Position numbers and translations under genes: made by a program
Shown here: piece by piece, positions 10,908-24,394 of the stretch
Layout of the letters: every line of letters starts with the position of its first letter
Numbering within the stretch: position 1 is the stretch's first letter
Source of the DNA: Mobula hypostoma
Lineage: Eukaryota
Length of the DNA stretch: 64,000 nt
Direction: 5' to 3'
Assembly: GCF_963921235.1 (NCBI RefSeq)
Contig: NC_086098.1
Location: 37,510,001 to 37,574,000 of the forward strand
The notes under the pieces: generated by a model
Database searches by the model: none
The model's input: the letters and a program-made list of their open reading frames with translations, nothing else
What the model was told of the DNA's origin: nothing

Positions 10908-12744
10908 TGTAAATAAAATGTTGATGTTCTCTGGTGCCTGGTGGTAAGCCACAAAGCACATTCCTTTGCTTTGGTAACTTTGAGGCTAGCTTGTACTAAC
11001 TCAAAAACTGAACACCGTATAGAGTATTCATTCCTATGTATAGAGTACTGATGCCTACACCACGAGCTATCGCCTTGACTTTGACTAATAGGATAGAGAG
11101 TTTATCCCTTAACTAACACACTAAATCAAGTTGTAACTTCCAGTTCACCTTATATTGGACAGAGGCCCATATCTCAGATTTACAAATATGTGAATTAATT
11201 TAGTACAAAAGTAGCAAATTAATTTGGAGAATGACTGCTGAGGAAGATAGTCAAAAGATGGAAGATGGCTTAATGAACTTGCAAATGTTAAGATAAATAT
11301 CGGGAGCAACTTGCACTGAAATTAAATCATATTCTTGATTTCACCAGTCATGAAGCTGGAACATATAATCTGTGTGACTTCTTATATTTTGTGTCCAGAT
11401 AATAAATTGCATTTGATGTCCGACCAGATATTGCCCACCAGTTCCTACAGCTGCATTGGTGAGATTTGTACGTACCTGTCAGCTGGAGAGAGTCGAGCTC
11501 TGTGATGTGGATTAGTAAAGTTAGTACTGATCTCTGTGCTTTGATCATTTTCTTCGGATGCAAACAATGGTTCCAAGAATTGAAATAGTAAATAATATTA
11601 CATTAATTTCCTCTCTCAATGCATAATCTGCTAAAAAATGAGGACTGAAGCTCCTTGATCAGGGAGTTTTCTATTTAAGTACAATCAGCTTTTCAGTCAA
11701 CAAGACCAGGAATCATTTTCATTCAATATGAACCATACTGAATTATCCAACCTCAATTGGTTCAAAGATGCATTGTGGTCGCAGAGACCACTGGGTATTG
11801 AGGAGGAATGAAAGACTATAATGCAAACCAATATTAGGTAATGTGTTTTAACTCCTGAATAGTTCTGATGGTTAGGAGTTGTCAGGTCAGTGGAAGTATA
11901 CATTGCATCAGTTAACTGTCCAAATAATCTTCTCTATTTCTGATCGGATGTACTTACACTTATCCTGGGGATTAAGCACATGGAGAAAATAGCTGACATC
12001 TATTATCTCAACATCTTAAACCTTTATGTTCCTACAAATCTTTTGCCATTTAGCAGCCTGATGTAAGACTTTTTAAAACTCTATTAAGCAGAGTTAATAC
12101 ATTTCCAGAGTTGGTGGTAATTTCTCAGCCACTTCAACAAACTTCTAATCATTTTGAACAGCTGCAAAAGATTTTCATACTGACATTGTTCTGTTTATCT
12201 TTTCATAACTAAGCTTCTTATTTCCAACATCACATTAGTGGTAACTTTTGTACTTCTCCACCTGAAACATCCAGTTCTGGCTGGAAAAAAACCTCTAATT
12301 TCTGCCTAATCTGAGATTTCTGTAATTTAGTATAACCTCTTCTATTGTGCATTCAGCATCCTTGTTTAGAGAAATCCAGAATTACTCATCTTTTTTTTTC
12401 TTATAACCTTATCAGCAGTCTCCCACTAGCATACAAACTTATTTGATGCTCTATTTACTTATCATTGGCTGTAAAATTAATCTCCTTATTTCTCACCCTT
12501 TCTCTACCTTTCACTAGTCATCCAGTCTATCAGCCTATGTATGATGCTATTTACACTTCTCCTTTCACTTTCCTTATTTTAAAGTTTACTTTCATGGTTC
12601 TCACAACATAGACGAAGGCGTCTAAACATTAGGTCAATGCCTGTTTGCAGAACGATCCCATCCATCCTCTTTCCTCACTTATTTCCTGGTAACCACTTCG
12701 GTCTCAAATGCTCAACTCCCTCTTGATCGCTCTGCCCGTCCCCC

Positions 12745-12890
12745 ACACCTCCACCAGGAGCAACTTACAATGGCCTATCATCCTGTGGTTCATTTGTGGG
12801 AGGAAAGCGAGCACCCAGAGGAAACCCACTGCAGTCACGTACAAACTCCACACAGACAGCACTGTACCTCTGGATTGAACCTGAGCAGTC
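12745..12890 (-). mobile_element. HE1/V-SINE-like fragment
   Basis: GTGGGAGGAAAGCGAGCACCCAGAGGAAACCCAC..ACAAACTCCACACAGACAGCAC. Confidence 0.6.
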
Positions 12891-12904
12891 AAGACATTAA
12901 AGTA

Positions 12905-13345
12905 CTCAAAGATTCAAAGTACATGTGCTATCAAAGTACAACCCTGAGATTCGCCTTCCCACAGGCAACCACAAAACAAAGAAACACCATGGAACCCATT
13001 CAAAAACATCAAAAACCCATTGTGCAAAAAAAAGAACAAATCGCACATACAGCTAAATAGAAAGGAAGAAACACAGAATATAGAATAACAAACCGCAGTT
13101 ATTGACACAGTCTAGGAATGCTCAGTTCAATTTAGTTCAGTTGAATTTAGCGCTGTGTTGTTTGTTGACTGCAGTCGGCACAGCCTGTACACCCAATCAA
13201 AATTGCACCAAATAGCAACAAAAAAAGGAGTAACCAGAAACCAGATACACATCATAACATGAACTGCAAAGTCCAATCCACCAGCCTTGTCTGTTAAATC
13301 TTGCCCAGGACCTAAGACTCTGGCACCATCCTCTGGGAACATCAA
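12905..13345 (-). mobile_element. Non-autonomous Rex-tailed repeat
   Basis: Antisense GAATCTCAGGGTTGTA..TTTGAATCTTTGA tail, no coding homology. Confidence 0.5.
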
Positions 13346-14192
13346 ACAAGAGGGGTGGGGGGGGGAGAGGAGGGGAGGGGAGGGGGGAGAGGGAGAGAGA
13401 GAGAGAACACAAACATTAGACCATCAGCATATTAATCCATGTGGAATTGCCTTCTGTCTCAAGTTGGCATGCTGCCAAAACTGGGCAAACTACTCAATGG
13501 AAGCACCTCTCGAGAAGAGAATGAACTTGTCGGCCTCCCCAGCAGTAGACCAGACAGGGTTGAATCCCATTTAACAAACATTAAATCAGGCCTCAACCTG
13601 CCACATGACAACAGTTCTAGAGGGAGCGACCTGTGCCATTTGACGGCCTTGTATGCACACAGGGATTTTGCACAAGTGACAGACAATTCTGTGTTTCAGA
13701 AAGCTCGATGTCATTGTGCATCCTCTGAACATGTTCCTGGAAGCGTACTAGCTGTACACTGAATACCCAAAGAATTGAATTCCGATTAAAATATAATTAT
13801 GGACTCAACTAAAAGCATTGTGCTGTGTGATATAATTTCCAGGCCAAAACAGACAATCCCTTTAAGGTTGGATAGGATTAATAAACAAAATAGGCAGATT
13901 ATTGCACCACATGGTTCTATAACACAAAAACAATGAATATCTCATTGCTCATCTCCAGACATGGGTTAGTGAACTTTTCTCAGATGGTAATGTCACTAAA
14001 ATGATAGATATGTTTTGATTATCATTTTAACTTTACAAGGAATAAATTTCAATAATGAAAATGTCAATAATCCATGACTAATTTCCTATTTGTAAATTTA
14101 ATTTCCCTGAAAACACACAAGTAGAGTTTGAGTTGCTAATGTAATGCTTCATCCAGTGGAACACATATTTCAGGTTACAGTCAGAGACTCAC

Positions 14193-14232
14193 GGAGGCCC
14201 ACATTATCCTGCGCTTCCCTGGGGACAAGACT
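14193..14232 (-). other. Candidate 40-nt exon of an unidentified minus-strand transcript
   Basis: cttttctttccctcttcctgctctattcctgcaccAG|AGTCTTG...GGCCTCC|GTGAGT in non-repeat sequence. Confidence 0.4.
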
Positions 14233-17200
14233 CTGGTGCAGGAATAGAGCAGGAAGAGGGAAAGAAAAGCCAGTGTGACAAAAATCCATAAGGGTGAAAT
14301 AAAGGATTTTGTTTTAAAATTTTAATACCCGTGGTCATTTAAAATATTCATTCTACATCTGAGCAACCAAACGGTTGGAATGGAGAGGGTGTCCTGTCCT
14401 TTACGGTGCTTGTCTCTTCCATTCACAGCAGAGGAAATGAGCATAGAGCAAGTTCTGTCATGGACAGCTGATCCCTTAAGTTTACCTCCCAAAAGGGGAG
14501 GCTGAAAACTATTTTCTTCTGTTTTATGCAATGAAAATGCCGAGAGAAAAACATAAAGCACAATTGTAAATACAGACTGCAGGGATTTTAGTCTCTGGCA
14601 GCGAAACTAACAAACACTTTCAAATAAGTCTCGGAAAAGTGCAGTGCGAAGAACAGCTTCAGCCTCGGCTGTTTAAAATTATTTACCGATATCATATTAT
14701 TTTGCTTTAATAATATATAATTTCACTAGATATCATAAAACAATACAAATGAGTTTCACCTATCTCCCTGTTACAGTGTTTCCCTCTCCTTTTTGATCAC
14801 TATAATTAATAGCCAGAGTGCATTAAATTGGTGAGGCCAAGAACAAAGATTATTGCTGCCTTTCATTGATCATGCCTACATATTGCTGACATAATAAATA
14901 ATCTACCCAAAATTTTAAAGGTAAATTCACTAAATCATTAATAATAACTAAGGGACCATACATCAACCTGAAACAAGGTAGTATCAAGTGCAAATCTAAG
15001 TTACGTTGAATCTGAAGGTTGCAATGTATATTTGTTTCATTATATGACTTTCATGCCAAGCTATTATTGTGTGTGTGTTTTTTTTACTGCGGATAATTTT
15101 GAAAGCTTTTATGTCACAGACTTTATTTCCATCTTACTTTTTGATTTTGGAAGTATGGACTTCGATGATCTACTGTTCAGGGAAGCACTTGGGCCTCAGG
15201 GGTCCTCCCGTACGCTCAATATTCCGTCAGCTTGATAAGCTCGGAGCCCCAGTGGTCCTGTGATTGATGGTCTCCCACTGATGTTTCATATATCTCCAAC
15301 TTCCAGCCGACACATGGCACAAATAATTGGTGTCACTTCTATTGATCAAGTGCCAAATGCTGGCACAGCCAAAAGCTGACAAAACACTTCTTAATATTGT
15401 TTCACTGAAGTAAAGATCTCGACCAACTTTACCTTCTGCTGCAAGTGGCTGAATGCAGTAAAGCATGAAGGGACATTTTCTAGGGTTTGTACTTCCTTGT
15501 TACTGAAGGATTAACGTTGTCAGCCTGTTCACATCCATAGACCCTGGTATTGATGGGGTGAGAAGGGTAAGTAAGGTTGCTTTTACAGTGTTTTTTGAGC
15601 CTCAATGACAAGCGCAAGGAGTCTAGGATCATGGAGGCACAGGTAGGTAATCATGAAGGGGGAGGATGTCTGGACATGGCTGAGAGAAGTGGGAGGAGAT
15701 GAGGCTGAAGAAATCTCGGTGTAAGGCAAAGCCTTAGATGAAAACTGAGATAAATTTATATTGTATTTATGGGAAATATGGTGGACAATTACTACAAAGA
15801 AATGGTGCTGCAAAGAGCTATGAGCTAAATTATGCAGATAACTTACAGCTTTTGCTGTCACTGGTTGAGGAATAAATGTTTGGAAGGAAGGATCTCCTAT
15901 TTTTTCAAATGAATGCTGTGGGATATTTTCTGTGAGGAACTGAGACTGCGAGGTCATGGCCTGAAGGATAGTGCCTCCTGAGGTGCTGGGGCCACAGTGC
16001 AACCCTCTGAACTTCCCTGACAGACAACCACACTGTCACCATTCACAGAACAAGCCAATACCCTTTTGCATGCACAAGAAAAGATGCATGGCTTTGGTGG
16101 ATAGACGTGAGAAAAATAATGCCCCCAGCACAGCTCCGCGTGTGTTAGTTGTTAACACAAATGAAGCATTTCACTGTGTAAATAGCCAATACTTTGACTG
16201 TTCCATCCTATAATGGGCATTAAAAATTCAATTACTTTTAATAATGCCGTCGGATGGTCTCGGGGAATGAGAAGAACCAACAGTTCTTCCCTAGCTTCAG
16301 AAGCATTCTCATTCTCCAGCAGTTTCCTCAATGATTTATCCTCACTTGTTTGAATGTTCTCCTTCTGATCATTGTTACTGTGCCAAGGGAGGAGTGTATT
16401 TTTAAACAATCTTGTTTGCTTCTGTTATAATAGTACTGAAATAATGAAAAGAGTAAATGCCAGGCATTTTGAAAGACCAGCATCAAACCTGGCAATGTTC
16501 TAGTGGCTGAATATCTTCAGTAACTGCCCACTGAGATGCAAGAATGCCCCACCTGTGGTTTGTTACAGTTCTCATGAAGAAAGATGGAAGTTAAAAATAT
16601 AATTGTGACATTTTCTGCACAAAGGGAGTACGAGGGCACTTCAAATGTGCTTCTAGAGAAAAGGATACACATTAAAGCCACGCTCAATTATGACATTTCC
16701 ATTCATCCGCAGATACTTTGGGATGAAATATCCTTGGTTATCTTGGTACACCACATGGAAGGGCTGGTAATTAGGGCCGAATCCAGAAATGTCATGTCTG
16801 GGTGTACTGGTTGCTGTTTCTCCAGGATGCTGTAAAGAATGACCTCTCTCTGCATCTTCTGTGGCCACCATTTTGAGAGAGTGCAGAACCAGAGGAAATG
16901 ACAGAAATTGGGGCTTTAAATTAAGGTACAAGTCATTTCTGATTCCTACCAGAAAGTATTTCATAACCCTAACTCTCAGAGGACCCAAGGGCAGTGCGAC
17001 ACCTGAAGGTTAGCCCACATATGAGGCCATCTGGGCTTCTGAGAACTGTTTGTATAAATTTGTTCTTTGAAAAGGTAAATGGCAGTGTAACCATCCTTGT
17101 GCAGAGAATCTAATACTCCTCTCTAAAATGTTCGAATTCATCTTGATGGGCTCCTCTGAGTTCTCCACTGGTTACATAGGTTCACATTGCAGATGAGTGA

Positions 17201-19402
17201 ATATTCAGGATCACTACTGCCTTTAATGAGAGAATTAGCAGAAAGCCTCTCAGCTCTATCATCATCACGTTTCTTGCAAGTGCCACAGAGCAGCCTTTTA
17301 TTTTCATGCTCATTTTTATTTTCTTTTATTTTGTTTCTATGTTTGCATTTTATCCCTTTGTAAAGCACTAGGAACTACATTGTCTGTATGGAAAGTGCTC
17401 TATAAATCAGTTGTTATTATTATTAAATGTTACCCCAGTACAATTCATACGTGTTGGATGTTGTCAAAAGCCTGAGTTAAATTCAAATAAATGTTATTCA
17501 TGAAGACGTTCATCTTCCCTGTGTGGTATGAACTGTCTTTACTTCTCTATGTACGGTTTTAAACCACTTACTCATACTTCACATTTAGGCACCAGCTTGG
17601 TTAATGGGATGACTTTATATTCCATGAAAATGTTAATCTACAAATTGTTCCTCTAAATGGTTCACTTTATACATCTCATTATTCACTGGCTAGCATAGCC
17701 AAGGTAATAAAACCTGGTTCAAAATCAAAGCAATGTTATTATCTTTGGGATTAATAAACAGAAATATTTTCAACATCGGTTTGCTTTTGTCCTACAATCA
17801 GATTTCTTTCAGTGATTACTGTTCTCAAACATACAGACAGGGAGATAACCCCTCCAGTAATAAAAAGTCTTGCATTTCTGTAGCACCTCCTTATTTGTCA
17901 GCAAGCCTAAAAAAATCTTGAGTAGTGTTTCTTATGTAATCAATTTTGTAACGTAAAAATTTAGGATTGACCTTGCTGAAAGCTCTCCCAAGCCACTCTT
18001 TCATTATCCGTTTTAGTGATGCTGGTCACAGGCCAAGGTTATTTAGAACTCTCCTGAACTCCTTTGAAGCTGTACTGTGGAATCTGTAAGGTCCAACACG
18101 GAGAGCAGACCCAGTCTCTGCATTCCGAAAGTGCTGCACTCATTCAGTAACAAACTGCATCTGTAAAGTGGGATGAACCCATATTGTTTCAACATAAAGC
18201 AAGAACGCTATCTAACTGAACCATAGAGACTGCCCAATAGCCACCTATCCAGAATGTATAAAAAGCACAGATCACTGAGAGGTTTCTTAATTTAAGACAG
18301 CTAATTGTTATTGCACATTCAGACATTTGTAATATGATTGTACAAAGCTATGAATGTAAAAATTAGCAACAAGAGAAGGCTATGACCCTTGAAACCTGTA
18401 TTGCTTTTTAATAAGATCAGGGCTGCTCTGATGTGGTCCAGAATACTTGGCTGAATGGTGTTGGATTTGGTCCTGGATTCAGAGCTTGTCATCTTCATTC
18501 ACCCACACTTACCTGGCCTGGGACATTCAGAGTCACTGAGCTGACCCTACTCTCCCAGAGACCATTCAACGAGGCATATGGAGGCCCGAGCAATGAGCAA
18601 TACAGACTTCAGCCCCTACCTAGAACATCTGAACAACCTTTGATAAGAGGTAAGGATGAAGGTATCGACTTGCTTTCAATCTAAGTCTATGTGGCTGTTT
18701 TACAGACTTCAAATACCAAGTTTGTGGTAAATAATTTAAGAAGAGTTATTAAACACAGAACCATTAAAACAGTTTTGAAGCCAAACAAATTACTTTTTTA
18801 AAAAAAGCAAAATTGATCTTATCAGGTCTGCTAGACACAGGATTGGAGAGACAAATTCTCCAATATGATGTTGAGGAATCCCAGCAAATTGAGGCTCCAT
18901 CATTTGATTCAGAAGTCATCATAATGTCAAGACACCTGGCCACAGCCACAGACAGCACGATTCATTTCAGTCTATATCTGATTATCACTGTCATCAAAAC
19001 GAACAATGTCTTATAAGTGTCAAGGTAGAAATTTGCTCACTAATTTATGGACAACGTAAGAAAATATGCTCATTGAACTCCTCCCATAGCTTCAACGGAA
19101 CCAAATCTCAGTCAAGGAGTTCAGTACCGACAAGTTACCACATTATTGAATCACCATTGTACAATGAGTATTTTCACCTGATCCCCTGGTAGGCTGATTG
19201 CAGGAGTCAGAAGATCAGTTAAAAACCTGAAAGCACAAAAAGAGATGTGCTAAAGTAAATGAGGATTTGGTTTTCTTGTTTTCTGTGAAGAAGAATTCAG
19301 AAGGATAATGAAGAAGTGCTTTTTATAAATATCAAATACCAATTATTACTAACAACTGCCTAAGAATTTTCTGCTGACAGCTTCTGGGTTACATAGCTGA
19401 CT

Positions 19403-20025
19403 CGAGACCAGAACTGCATGCAGTACTCCAGGTGCAGCCTCACCAGTACCCTGTACAGTTGCAGCATAACCTCCCTGCTCTTAAATTCAATCCCTCCATT
19501 TGCCTTATTGATAGCCTGCTGCACTTGCAAACTAACCTTTTGTGATTCATGCACAAGCACTCCCAAGCCCTCTGCACAGCAGCATGCTGCAATCTAGTAC
19601 CAGTTAAATAATGATCTGATATTCCATTTTTCCTTCCAAAGTGGACGAGCTCACATTAATCAACATTGTACTCCATATGCCAGATCCCTGCCCACTCACT
19701 TAACCCATCTATACCTCTCTGCAGGCCCTCCGTATCTTCTGCACAATTTGCTTTTCCACTCAATTTAGTGTCATCAGCAAACTTAGATACACTAAACTCG
19801 GTTCCCCCTTCCAGATCGTTAATGTATATCGTGAACAGTTGCAGGCCCAGCACCGACCCCTGCAGCACACCAGTCACCACTGATTGCCAACCTGAGTAAC
19901 ACCCATGTATCCCAACTCTCTGCTTTCTATTAGTTAACCAATCCTCTATCCCTGCTAATACATTACTCCCAACTCTAGGCATCCTTATCTTATGGTTAAG
20001 TCTTTTATGTGGTACCTTATCAACT
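19403..20025 (-). mobile_element. CR1 LINE RT fragment
   Basis: WLTNRKQRVGI, QGSVLG, SKFADDTKL, LVRLHLEYCMQFWS. Confidence 0.9.
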
Positions 20026-20214
20026 GTTGAAATATATCTAAAAAATTGCTTTACACAACATAATTTTATAAATGAAAAACATCATGAGTTGACAAAATCT
20101 GTTCTTACTTTTAAAAATAAACTTACACAACTAGATTAGGAGCAATTCTCTAAATTATGTAGAGTCTACAAACTAAAACTTCTCACTAATTGCAAGAAGC
20201 AAACATTTAATTTA

Positions 20215-20650
20215 CGGTGGACGTCACAGGTAAAGCCCTCCCAACCAGTGAGCACATCTACATGAAACACTGTCATAGGAAAGCAGCATCCATCATCAGG
20301 GACCCCCATCACCCAGGACATGCTCTCTTCTCGCTGCTGCCATCAGGCAGAAGCTACAAGAGCCTCTGGACTTGCAGCACCAGGTACTGCACCTCAACCA
20401 TCAGGCTCGCGAACGAAAGTGGATAACTACACTCAACTTCACTTGCCCCATCATTGAAATGTTCTGACAACTGATGTTCTCGCTTTCAAGGACTCTTCAT
20501 CTCATGTTCTCGTTATTTATTTAAATTTGCATTTGCTCAGCTTCTTCTCTTCTGCACTCTGGTTGATCTTTCATTGATGCTGTTACAGTTACTATTCTGT
20601 AGATTTGTTGAGTATGCCCACAAGAAAATGAATCTCAGGTTTACTAAGGT
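20215..20650 (+). mobile_element. Rex 3' end
   Basis: RKAASIIRDPHHPGHALFSLLPSGRSYKSL. Confidence 0.8.
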
Positions 20651-21199
20651 ACAAATATGACATATTTATGGGAAACTTAACTCAAAACTTGTGAAGTGAT
20701 TTTTAAAGGGAATAACACACGAAAGGTTACAAGGGAACCTTGAAGTACGATTGTAATTTCACCACAAATTTGTAAGTGCTGAGTTAAAGCATAATTTAAA
20801 AAACTTTGGATATCTAATTTGTAAAGATATGTGGCACCTCAATTAGAAGAATTAATTTATAGAAGGAAATTGAATTGATCACTGATTGACATTAAGCTAT
20901 AAAAACACAGTGCTGTTAGCAAATATAAAATCAGGCTGTTTTAAGTATCAGCAACGGACTCAGGCAAAGCAACAGGGACCTAGGGCTCCACCTACTGGTC
21001 ATTCAAGCTGATCACATTCTGCGCAATTAAAGTGAATAAAAAAATGATTTTCACATTTCTGTGCAAAGCACCATTTGGGCAGATATTTTATTACAATTAC
21101 ATTATATATTTTAATTATTTTGAGTGGGAAAAACTAGCTTATTGAGCCATTTTCTTGAACGGCTTCAGCTTTTCTGCTAGCGGATAAGCAGTTCCTGAT

Positions 21200-22030
21200 T
21201 TAGATGCAACATCTGCTGTATATCTTTAGGTCGCGATGGTGTTTGAGTTAGGAGGGGAGGTAGAAATGGGTGGCGTGTGCAGCAGCCGATGAGTGTCAAT
21301 AGTGGAAAGCAAGGTGCTTTTTCTGGGATGCCACCAAATATCTTCAGCCTAGCTGGAGATGCATTCCTCTGGGCAAGTCAGCAGCATTCCATCACCCTCC
21401 TGGCTTGTAATTTCAGACGATGGAAAAGTTTTGGAGCGTCAGGAGTGAGTCACGTGTATATTCAGCCTCCAATCTTTATTTATGTGACAGTCCATTCTAG
21501 TTGAGGTTCTGGCCTATAGTGACCCCGAGGATGCTATTGGTGAGGTCTCAATGATAGCAATGCCACTGAATATGTAAGAAGGGTTTCTCCTCCTGGAGAA
21601 GTCATTGTATGGCAGCTTTGTGGCATGATTCTTGCTTGCTATTTATTAGCCCATGGCTGAATATTCTCCAGAACGAGTGCTTCACCTTTTGAGGAATTGG
21701 AAATGGAATTGTATAATCTACGGTCATCATCAAACATCACCAGTTCTGAATTTTGTGACAGAATGAAGTTGTTTGGTGTAGCAGATGGAGACGATTGGAG
21801 CGGCTCAGAGTAACTGGTGCAGTGATGTCCTGGAAGTGGGGTGACCTGCCATTGGGTGAGGTATGAGTCTAGATGGTAGAGCAATTCCCCCTTGATGTTC
21901 ACTCACCAATTTTACCAGGCCTCCCCGATGCCACATTTAGTCAAATGCTGTCCAAAGTCAAGGTCAGTGATTCTTCACTTCTGAAATACAACAATTGCTT
22001 ATGAAGGCTGGAGCTAAATGGTGGTAGCGA
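21200..22030 (-). mobile_element. Old CR1-group LINE remnant
   Basis: Decayed RT motifs (MFDDD.., NIQPWANK). Confidence 0.55.
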
Positions 22031-22064
22031 GCCTTAAATTAAGCAAGAATGAGCAAAAGGCCTC

Positions 22065-22210
22065 AAGACCATAAGATACAGGAGCAGAATTAGGCCATTT
22101 GGCCCATTGCATCTGCTCCACCATTTCATCATGGCTGACCCAATTTTCCTCTCAGTCCCAATCTCCTGCCTTCTCCCTGTACCCCTTCATTCCTTGACCA
22201 ATCAAGAACC
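22065..22210 (-). mobile_element. CR1 3' end
   Basis: Same tail family as 5925 and 62597. Confidence 0.8.
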
Positions 22211-22214
22211 TAGG

Positions 22215-22332
22215 TGGAGACTGCTGGAATCTGGAGCAACAAACAATCTCCTGGAGGAGTTCAGCAGGTCGAGCAAAATCTGTGAGAGTGGCGAAGGAAT
22301 TGTTGACGTTGCGGAGTGAGACCCTGCAGGGA
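22215..22332 (-). mobile_element. Decayed PLE terminal fragment
   Basis: TGCTGGAATCTGGAGCAACA..CTGGAGGAGTTCAGCAGGTCGAGC..TTGACGTT..GAGACCCT resembles the other PLE termini. Confidence 0.55.
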
Positions 22333-23082
22333 TATTGATGAGTGAATACCACTGGGCCAAACTGTTAGTGCTATCCAGCAGCACTTGCTAACCAATAGCT
22401 TGCTGATGGTTGAGAGCAAACTGCCGGGACCATAATTAGTTTGAGTTAGACTTGATTTTTGCCAGTGTCTCAGCAACAATGGAACAGTTTAATTAGCACA
22501 TATTCCCTTAGGACAACTTCAAAAGGACTTTGTGGGCTGCAAAGCGCTTTGGGATGTCCTGAGGTCTCGAAAGGTGCTACATAACTACAAGTCCTTCTGT
22601 CCTTAATTGTTTTTACAAGTCTCGTGTGAAAACAAGCTGTTGAAGCAGATAATATTAAGAAAACAACAGCAGGTGATCATTGTTCTGTAAAAGGAAAAAG
22701 GAAGGAAGTCTCCCTCTTTACTTCCATAAAGAGAACATCTGGGATCCAAAATGAGCACACAACACATATTTTTGTTTCATCCCCATTTCTCAAGCACTAA
22801 AGTAATCCACAAAAAGGACCATGGGAAAGAAAAATTAACCATTGAGGATTATTTTTAACTGCTACTTCCTTTTGAATGTCACTTCTGGGTTGCTTCAATG
22901 AATAGTGGTTTAAGTAGGAAATGCAGATAACAGCACACAACACTTAGTTAATGGTCCGCTCTGGAGATGAAAAACAGGCACTGATTTAACATTGAACAAG
23001 CTGCAAAATCTAAAGCAATTTTAAAGGCGAAATGAAATATTGTGAGTGACGGATATCTTTAATACTGCAAGTGACCACCATT

Positions 23083-23585
23083 ATCAGAATCAGAATCAGG
23101 TTTAATATCATCGGTATATGTTGTGAGATTTGTTGCCTTTGTGGCAACAGTACAGTGCAATAGCTGATAATAGAGAAAAAAACATGAAATACAGTAATTA
23201 CATATATTAAGTAGTTAAATTCAATAAGTAGTGCAAAAATAGAAATACGAAAAGTAGGGGGGTAGTGTTCATGGGTTCAAAGTCCATTCAGAAATCGGAT
23301 GGCAGAGGGGAAGAAGCTGTTCCTGAATCACGGAGTGGGTGCCTTCAGGCTTCTGTACCTCCTTCCTGATGGTAGCAATGAGAAGAGGGTGGAACGTCCT
23401 GGGTAATGGCGGCCCATAATAACCGACACCGACTTTTTGAGGCATCGCTCCTTGAAGATGTCCTGGATATTACGGAGGCTAGTGCCCATGATGGAGCTGA
23501 CTAAGTTTACAACCCTCTGCTGTTTATTTTGATCCTGTGCAGTAGCTCCCAGCCCTACACCAGGCAGTGAAGCAGCCAGTTGAAC
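23083..23585 (-). mobile_element. Rex 3' end
   Basis: Homologous to 38180-38700. Confidence 0.8.
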
Positions 23586-24394
23586 AACCTGTTCTGTACA
23601 CTCAGAATCTTTTACGCTTATATCTATTTTTCAGTATTATCTCCTCTTTCTCCTAATGATCTGTTCTATTATAGAATTTAATATTGAACCATGTAAGCAG
23701 AAGTTAAGGTAGCTAGCCAAAAGCTTGGTCAGGAAGTTAGATTTTAAAAGAATAAAGGAGTCTGACATGATCACAGTGGGCCTCTGGGGCTTTCTGTGCT
23801 CTATAATTATGAGAAATGCAGAGGAAGGTATGTTAACGAGGGACTTTGAGGGTTTTTTTACAGCATGTCTAAGTTTCAGCAACTCACCTCTCATTCAGAA
23901 GGCCAATCTGTCAGTCCTCACCCGTCTCAGCATGGCCGAAAGCAGAGCATTAGCAAAAACCAGAGTGATTAATCTCTGACACTAATTCTGCTGGGCTGTT
24001 ATTCAGTGCCCAGCAGCACACCATAGGAACTGTCGAGAAAATCTGAGGTTCACAGCCCAACTTCCTGACACTCAGACTTTATCTTTTCATTTTTAGGATC
24101 TGGGCTTTGCTGGGAAAGGCAGCCTTCATCTCCCATCTCTAACTGCACTTACGAATTTGGCAAAACGTTCCAGTCCTTCTGATGACAGTACTCGCAGATC
24201 GCTGTCAGGGAGAGTTTTCCAGGGTTTAGATGATTAAGGACTACAACAAATATTTGTCTGTCAGAACGGAGCACGTGAGATTCTGACACACCTGCTATGT
24301 TTGTCGTTCTTCTTGGTTGAGATTGGACGTTAGGAATGTGGAGCTATCCAGGCGAGTAACTGCAGTGCACTTTGTAGATAATACACTGCATGGG

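Noticed and set aside
11348-12300. Possible decayed viral or env-like coding region
   Set aside because: Only short ORFs and no diagnostic motif.
16152-16988. Protein-looking minus-strand ORFs (KSLRKLLENENASEAREELL.., ..GYFIPKYLRMNGNV..)
   Set aside because: No recognisable domain, and several mutually incompatible splice interpretations; cannot be supported without homology data.
19178-19250. Strong minus-strand acceptor ctctttttgtgctttcAG
   Set aside because: Only weak downstream donors (GTGAAA); likely a pseudo-exon.
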